Positions 59,301-64,000 of a DNA stretch of 64,000 nt are shown one piece after another. The notes beneath the pieces are model-generated. The model saw only the letters and a program-made list of their open reading frames with translations. It ran no database searches and was not told the DNA's origin. Within the stretch, counting starts at the first letter, position 1; every line of letters begins with the position of its first letter. The stretch is from positions 21,018,001-21,082,000 of the forward strand of contig OZ281497.1 in assembly GCA_965637545.1 (NCBI GenBank), in the 5' to 3' direction. The translations under genes were made by a program, and so were the position numbers. The stretch is from Phallusia mammillata. Lineage: Eukaryota.

Positions 59301-59980
59301 GATTTGTGGGAAAAGCGTAACAGTAAGCTAGACCACAACATACCGTGCCATTGTTGATAGAACGATCAAGCCACAACACAATTACACGTGTGGCGTTTAA
59401 TTCTTTTCGGCACGGCTTTTTCCGAGTCGCTTACAAAACTGATCAAACATATTAGCCGTGATAAGGGGTAACCGGACACTACGGCACGTTATATGTAATC
59501 CAGGATGTTTAACACGGGAGCTTGTAAAAGATGAAGATCACGGCACTGCTTGTAAAAACAATTAAATATATATATGCGATGTCAACTACACGTATTGTTA
59601 ATGAATAGTGGTTTTAAACCTCAGTTGTGCATTGAAATAACGGTGTTAATTTTGGTCGCCCAAGTCTATAGGAGCAAATAGCCTTGAAACTATCAATAAA
59701 AATATTTAAAATTGAATACGACTTAAATAGATTGACCAGATAACCCCCAAAAACGTCAGCTGATTTTTAAACAAACAAAATATTTAAAAAACACGAAAGG
59801 GTAAAACAATTTTACAAACCGTTTGACTGGGTTTAGATCCGACAAGGTGGGGGCAATGAGGGTCGACGGTGGGGTGATGCTGGGTAACCTTGTGGGTAAA
59901 TTGGCGCTTCTTCTGTGACGAGAACGGCTCTCCCTGGAGCTGGGAGTGCTGGTCGCGGTTGGCAACGTTGCCAATGTCAT
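50336..59980 (-). CDS. Small coiled-coil protein of unknown function (161 or 212 aa); one intron hosts BEL-2
   Basis: Exons 59980-59820 or 59351-59344 (alternative phase-2 first exons), 58748-58572, 51174-50985, 50446-50336 join in frame: ..RINVLHPPTVPRRTVFMETG..KENYRSNIRSTLKTQMEDRQRMRN..FTKANKEMMESRWKERRHQKQMENKRDSEQLKYNPINWSHTLK*. All junctions are GT-AG. Confidence 0.78.
51454..52080 (-). repeat. BEL-2 3' LTR
   Basis: Matches 57941-58567 (offset 6487) with no difference seen by eye. Confidence 0.96.
52185..57881 (-). CDS. BEL/Pao Gag-PR-RT-RNaseH-IN polyprotein, about 1898 aa, apparently intact
   Basis: First ATG at 57881 (MAADDPEFD); CLFCTGLHDLTTC, CFKCLQKGHNARDC, CKISGCDSNHHTLLH; AFLDSGA; YLPHHPV, DIESMFHQI, YVDD; FADAS, PRLELTAA; HHCC, VDYFGP, SDNGTNF, GGVWERMIRS. 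Confidence 0.97.
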   Translation of the reverse strand: MAADDPEFDLDDVNQRTEEWVEASVHSFRDGEPSTSNPLENVAQRPPSVDGSVISSVRTLSSSAILEMKRRSKLKLQSLRMRIQQNYELQSIQRERERVEREEESRHREEERQRREEEELCSREEKDRRRKLDEMEKAIRFKHALHMAELEVNSYEEDPVEVPLSVPLEGLGTAVTQTLITKSNEPSKSVPSPIKPRKLVLKPEATPFEPKCRCNCANTSSVVGEVRELSVSDLPVCALPEPQPSTSNQRPVKKDSRLPPPQISKFAGDPMEYHAFIRSFKCHIAEHVSDDDVRLSYLQQFCVGDANDLIKHCSMLSGEGGYAEALKLLKENYGKDHIIARTCLNQLQYGPKLRSEDVHSMQKFARLMKTCQVVLSQIEGNAGLDTFQNLLAIVRRLSSDMQEQWDKEVARIIKTYDREPNFDDLTEFVDNQAAVASSSFRRAHHPVRETPSGQRKNRAATYVVSSELPGTEAPQARCLFCTGLHDLTTCNSFEKKPVYQRYEFARRQRLCFKCLQKGHNARDCKEEDPCKISGCDSNSHHTLLHREVSRAEANRSSAPEEKVTSEVNSFHLASDSKPSAICGNTSICGDMYMNIVPVRARNGNIEFLTYAFLDSGATKSMCSQRLVDALHLQGESRTVSLRTVGHEQTMPTKIVSLSVAPAFDDGPSINLNSVMAIDKLPVKTNKLPSKTKLKRMSYLRGLEFPQIEGGEVTLMIGVDAPELMVFQETRCGSREQPIAVKTALGWSLLGPSFVPTSGTRIDLNYVSSFDDNVSKEIDCLWRTDFSDLTIIDDKRISREDRSALEIMKRDVLHVDGHYQLPLLWKGNQTQLPPNRVLAERRLRSLERRLKKDEKLRERYVGTVETYIQKGYAKRISSHDRGQSKREWYLPHHPVLHPRKPDKVRVVFDCAAKHAGVALNDALMSGPDLMNNLVGVLTRFRKEPVAVVSDIESMFHQIRVRPEDTASLRFLWWPKGDLSKPAEDHEMTVHLFGATSSPSCAAFSLLQTAEEFGHEFSAAATTALKSNFYVDDCLASVATEDEAIMLVKDLGQLLQRGGFHLTKWMSNSNRVLQSIPSDERSKMAKNHDLNSDVAGRILGVFWNVPNDEFGFDVQMPNKSLTRRGILSAVSALYDPLGLVAPVTVSAKILLQDLCRQGLGWDEDISNEDANRWRSWMEGLPMLSQVRVQRCIKPPSFGKIVKMEMHHFADASSSAYGAVSYLRLVNHNTQVHCCFLLGKSRLAPIHTVSIPRLELTAAVLAVKMDGFLRRELGCPDCESTFWTDSMSVLMSIRNSTKRFETFVANRLAKIDSGSRSEQWRHVPSKLNPADDASRGLSVKKMVNNNVWLTGPRFLWGDESTWPKEEEVSNRDDILMEAKKVSANFTCGTACETDSISKLINHYSDWNRLRRATAWLLRYKRVLLSKRCADTNTTIPKGTLQVQELQEAELALFRIVQQQAFPEVLENLRKGNGQWKKTKNSRTFDKLGPTLRNGLLRVGGRLELASISDDAKHPIILPGRHHLTDLLIVKFHKDVGHSGMSHTWSEIRQKFWIIKGGAAVRRVLGNCVFCRKRNAPVGEQLMARLPIDRVNSHSPAFTYVGVDYFGPLMVRQARSQVKVYGCLFTCMTVRAVHLEVADSLSTSAFINCLRRFIGRRGRPTKICSDNGTNFVGAVRELKEAIGRWNQQSIDDFLRQQDIQWSFNPPAASHMGGVWERMIRSVRRVLSALLTAQSVTRDTLETVLVEAESILNSRPIVPVVMDPQSDEPLTPNHLILLRPSPNMPPGVFVKKDCYVRHHWRQVQYLADQFWRRWVREYLPTVIERQKWFSKQRNVEAGDLVLVVDESIPRARWRIGRVISTFPDAHGVVRSALVGTGATSVRRPITKLCLVMDSRGDCATGKL
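57941..58567 (-). repeat. BEL-2 5' LTR
   Basis: TG...CA on the minus strand; TATAAATA at 58308-58301. Confidence 0.96.
58301..58308 (-). promoter_or_regulatory. TATA box of the BEL-2 LTR
   Basis: TATAAATA, 50 nt upstream of a consensus GTAAGT donor; duplicated in the 3' LTR. Confidence 0.55.
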
Positions 59981-62900
59981 ATTTGTGGCAGTTGAAACAA
60001 TTGTATAGTTGAGGTTTTTGTGATAAACCTATAGCCAGTTACGCCATCCTAGAACTGTTCAAATGAAATAGTTTAAGTGCGTTATTATTATAACCTGACG
60101 AATATTTCTATTTCTGCAATCCTGCTACATGCCGACAATTATCAAAAGGCATCAAACATACTGAAATCACTGCTGTCTTTCTATTTGCAGACAACTTTAG
60201 ATAAAGCTGTTATGACCAATCGCCTTGCACTTGTCATACAAAGCTATATAAATACAACTTTCCGTTTCTGTATATCCTTGTATACCACAACATTTAAACG
60301 TATTGTGGTCCTGAGTATACAACCCACATAAAAGAAACGTAACCATTCAACATAATGCGCCCTTACGACGTCAAGAAACCTGCTCCTTTCACTGCACACC
60401 TTAACATGTCGAACGCCACTTCACACTTGAAACCCAAGTTACATTTTCTTGACAGTAGCTAACTCGCATAATCCGATTACGTATGACGAAGCAGATCCTC
60501 GCCGCGTTCAAGAACAAAGGGTCTTGTGAAATCCTTACTAGTGATGACCTAACTGAGCATCTTCCCCTTAGCACAGATTACCTCTCGAACGACAGATGAT
60601 GCCTCGTCTCCCGGAACAACGTAACGACAAAGACCGCTAAATCTTGATGTGGCGTTGTTTGCTTTACACTTAGACAACTGCCGAGGGTGCTGAATGAAAA
60701 GGTACAAAACCCGAGATTAATGATCTTAACAGCGGCAAGGGCTCTCAAGTGGATCCTTGTCGCCGTACGACGCGTGGAAATGGCAACTGTGGGCAAGAAC
60801 TTTACTTCTAGAAATATGAATTGATTGTGCGATGGATACGGACTGTTGGGGATACAAAAGGCGAAAATCTTTGTTCGGTATAAAGGGCTATAAATTGTAA
60901 AATACGATTAGAATCTGCATTGGCACAACGCAGATTAGGCTATGCTGTACTGTATTTTAAGAGTCAACGGTATAACAAATTACGACAACCACAAGACAGT
61001 GGTTAGTCAGTAGATCTTTTTAATTTTACAACATATTGTGTTGGTTGCTCTTTGGCATAACGCTACTCATTTCCTTCTTTGGGGTCAACGTAAGTTATAT
61101 CCTTTTGTAATCTTTTTCTGCATTTTACTTTCCAAGTACCAGTCTGCTAAACGGAATTCTTCTTTTTAATAAACCAGTACATTCTATGTCGCAATCAACT
61201 TAACCTGGTCTTCGCAGTGGACCCTAACCTATGCAACCTACAACAGTTCATTAGAACTTTTTTCACAAAACCTGTTCTATCCTCTTGTCTGTAATCCTTA
61301 TTTACTCTCGATCAAGGCAGGCCTGATACACCGCACACATCGGGCTGGCAGTGGTATTTCGCCTCGCTGCTCCTACGAAATACCTTACCATAGTAACGCG
61401 CACTGCTTAATTATCTCTTGGGGCATTGTGTCGTCGGCTGGGGGACGTCTCGGCCTTTCAAACGACCTTGTACAAAACAAAGCAGTTGTTTACGGCCCAC
61501 ACAAAAGCATTGGTGTCGGTTTCCATCCGAGGTAGGTATTAGAAAGAACGTGACAGATGATTGAAGGATATAGGTCTTGCACAATTAAGACTATGTCGTA
61601 ACTGCAGCGAATTTCCGCTTTGTTTTTAAACACAGTCGGCGTCGGCAACTTTTTGAGCAAAGCGTGCCATTTTATTCATCTCAAAATGGGAATAGCTTCG
61701 GGTGCCAACATTTTTGTGTGTAAAATTTGGGTCGCAACTCGCAAGTAGAAGAGCACGGCGATTTGAAGACGATTGCATCATAATAAACAAACAATGGTTC
61801 GAATTGCACCAAATGTACTTGCACAAAATTTCGCAAATAGTTTGTCGTGTCATGAAAAAAAAATAGCTCGCGTGCCAGGGGTTGCCGAACAGTGCATTAC
61901 AAGCTTCTGCTAGTAGTTCTACAACACCAGGGCTGAATGTAAAAAAGTGGACAATTTAAAGCAGTATACAATGTGTGCAACTTGACGTACGTTGATATGT
62001 TATGTAGTTTTCTTCTAAATGTGTAAAACTGATAAGATTTCAACTGACGCCCGCCCTTACCTTTGGTTTAACTATCCTCTAAATGTGCAATCGACATCTA
62101 GGCGAAGTATATTGCTGGTTTGATAAATAAGTGAGCCACCAATGACGTTTATTGGCAAGTAGTACAAGCTGATTTGCGGCAGCATAAGCGCTAAGAACAA
62201 AATTGACGAGATCCAATAGGCTTTGTAAATCCATAGGGCGTGCTACAAAAGGAAAACAAGATGCAGACTAGGGTTTTACGACCGAACTTTTGCAACGTTC
62301 AATTGTCAACAAGTCAAGGTATTTTTTCAAAGTACAAAATGGAGTTGTCACAATGCATGAAACGCGACATAAAATTTAAAAGATAACTTGATAATAGGAA
62401 TAAAAATATTCGTCTTAAAAGATGATGAAACGAAAACACGAAAATGCTCGACGTTGTGTTTTTTAAGTGGGGCAACCAACTCAAAGTTAAGGTGCTAAAA
62501 TTAATAAAGTTTTAGATTAAAAATATTCTATATTAATACACATGGATATGAGAAACTTTGGTTCAATAATAAGTTTGCGCGACTGCTGCATAGCCTAATA
62601 ACTAACCTACGCCATTAATCTTTAAAGATATGCGGACAATTGCAGAAACTATTTGATCGAAAAGCGCATAGCATGACGGAAATCACACCACTAGATGAAA
62701 TACTTACAGTATGTGATGCCATGGTATGTAATACACTTGCACATAATATTGTAATAATATTTTTTATCTGTACCGAAAACGCCATGTTTATCTTTGCAAG
62801 CACAAGCGATATATGTTTCTACACAACACAAACGTGTTTTTTTTTAATTTGAAAACGGCAAGTGCGTTTACTTACTAAGGTGTGCTTGATTAGATTTTCA

Positions 62901-63483
62901 TGTAATAAAAACGGGTCGTAAAAATGACAGAAAAACACATTGTAACAACGGCAGTGACCAAAATTGCTTTTCACTATATCTACTATAGTGCAACTACGTA
63001 CAAAATACCTATCATGCAATAATGTTAAGTAGTGCAGGGCCTCCCTCGATCAAACAAAAAGCGTTTTATAGCAAAGACACGTATTGCTCATGGTGGACGG
63101 ACATGTTAAAAGTTCACTTGGTGAAAATGGACATGGAAAATTTTGCTCAAACAAAAGTCGTGACAAGAATGTTAAAAAGTGCAACAGTCATGGTCATTTT
63201 CCTGTAAAACTTGTTTCAAAAACCTTAAAATTGATGATTAGATACAAAAACATTTTTGATTATTAGCGTATATTTAAAACACGATAGAAAATGCGAAAAA
63301 GTGCTTTAAAATTATAAAAATTATACAGAAAATCCTAAATACACAAAAAAACGCAAACTGGACTTTTTTAAACCAATTCGCATTTTTGTAAAAATCACAA
63401 AAAAGGAACACAACAACTTATTGTGGCGTTTTAACACTGCACTTCCAAAGAGCAGAACCGAGACAGCAAAGCTGGCGAGCAAT

Positions 63484-63717
63484 CTACTGGCGGTCCTCTG
63501 GTTGAAAACCATGGTTTGAGCAAAAATCCTGAGTGAATGGTATACAGTTGATATAGCGACACCCGTTGCAGTCCGTGAGAGGGTATATGTAGAAAAAGAA
63601 GACAAGTGCCACAAAGAGTCCAATGAAAAGACATGAACATGTGATCACTTGAATGCGCTTGCGATGCTTGTCGAACTTGCTGAAAGTGATGTAGGGCAGA
63701 AAAATGAAGGAGAGAAG
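63484..63717 (-). CDS. RHBDF1: Terminal exon of an inactive rhomboid (iRhom, RHBDF1/2-like); upstream exons not visible in the window
   Basis: TTCAG|LLSFIFLPYITFSKFDKHRKRIQVITCSCLFIGLFVALVFFFYIYPLTDCNGCRYINCIPFTQDFCSNHGFQPEDRQ* matches, from recall, the iRhom C-terminus (LPYISFGKFD..RKR, last TM helix, C..C...CIPFT..FC). Confidence 0.8.
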   Translation of the reverse strand, partial: LLSFIFLPYITFSKFDKHRKRIQVITCSCLFIGLFVALVFFFYIYPLTDCNGCRYINCIPFTQDFCSNHGFQPEDRQ

Positions 63718-64000
63718 CTGAATAAAGGGATGCATGTAAGTAAAATGGTTTACCGCTTTTGCACAACAAACAATACCAGAAACATAACCTACCTGCTACC
63801 CTCCACATCAGAAACATTTATTGTATGCCACGTCTACAAAATGCGTCACACTGTATCTTGTCTGGAATATATCAATCTGCAGTAACTGCTGTTGTCGCTG
63901 GTCTGCGCTTCAAGGCTAATGTAGCTGATACGAGTTTATATTCTTACCTTCTTTCTGGATTAATTCTTGTTTTGTCATGTGAGCCTGAACTGCCCGGTTG

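Noticed and set aside
60578-61860. Several splice-bounded open stretches on both strands (for example +61317-61532, -60806-60582)
   Set aside because: No consistent multi-exon frame or recognisable domain could be assembled.
63850-64000. Segment ending GAAG|GTAAGA as the penultimate iRhom exon
   Set aside because: No frame resembles the expected iRhom TM6 region, and the phases do not join to 63717; left unassigned.

Overview
AT-rich animal genomic DNA with short spliceosomal introns (tunicate-like is my guess; it cannot be proved from the window). 1-40 kb is a tandem array of five DBH-like copper monooxygenase (MOXD1-like) paralogues, each built as signal peptide, DOMON, copper type II monooxygenase N and C domains, variable Thr/Pro stalk and GPI-like tail. 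Three are complete and intact by manual exon assembly (C +21085-26805, D -29069-34068, E -34794-39736). Copy A is split in exon 2 by a young non-autonomous LTR element, and copy B is a decayed pseudogene. Head-to-head with copy E is a two-exon gene for an unrecognised 129-aa prepropeptide predicted to release two 3-Cys peptides. Two full-length BEL/Pao retrotransposons (12446-20074 +, 51454-58567 -) have apparently identical LTR pairs and 5-bp TSDs. Both lack a canonical TGG primer-binding site and both carry two spliceosomal-type introns inside the LTR. In the second element the sequence next to the 5' LTR matches the D-loop and anticodon loop of tRNA-Lys(UUU) at the correct spacing, and the insertion duplicates the splice donor of a small coiled-coil host gene. 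Also present: at least 8 hAT-type MITEs, a hammerhead-ribozyme-like Penelope remnant, SINE-like fragments and the last exon of an iRhom gene. All exon structures were assembled by eye; no database searches were run.
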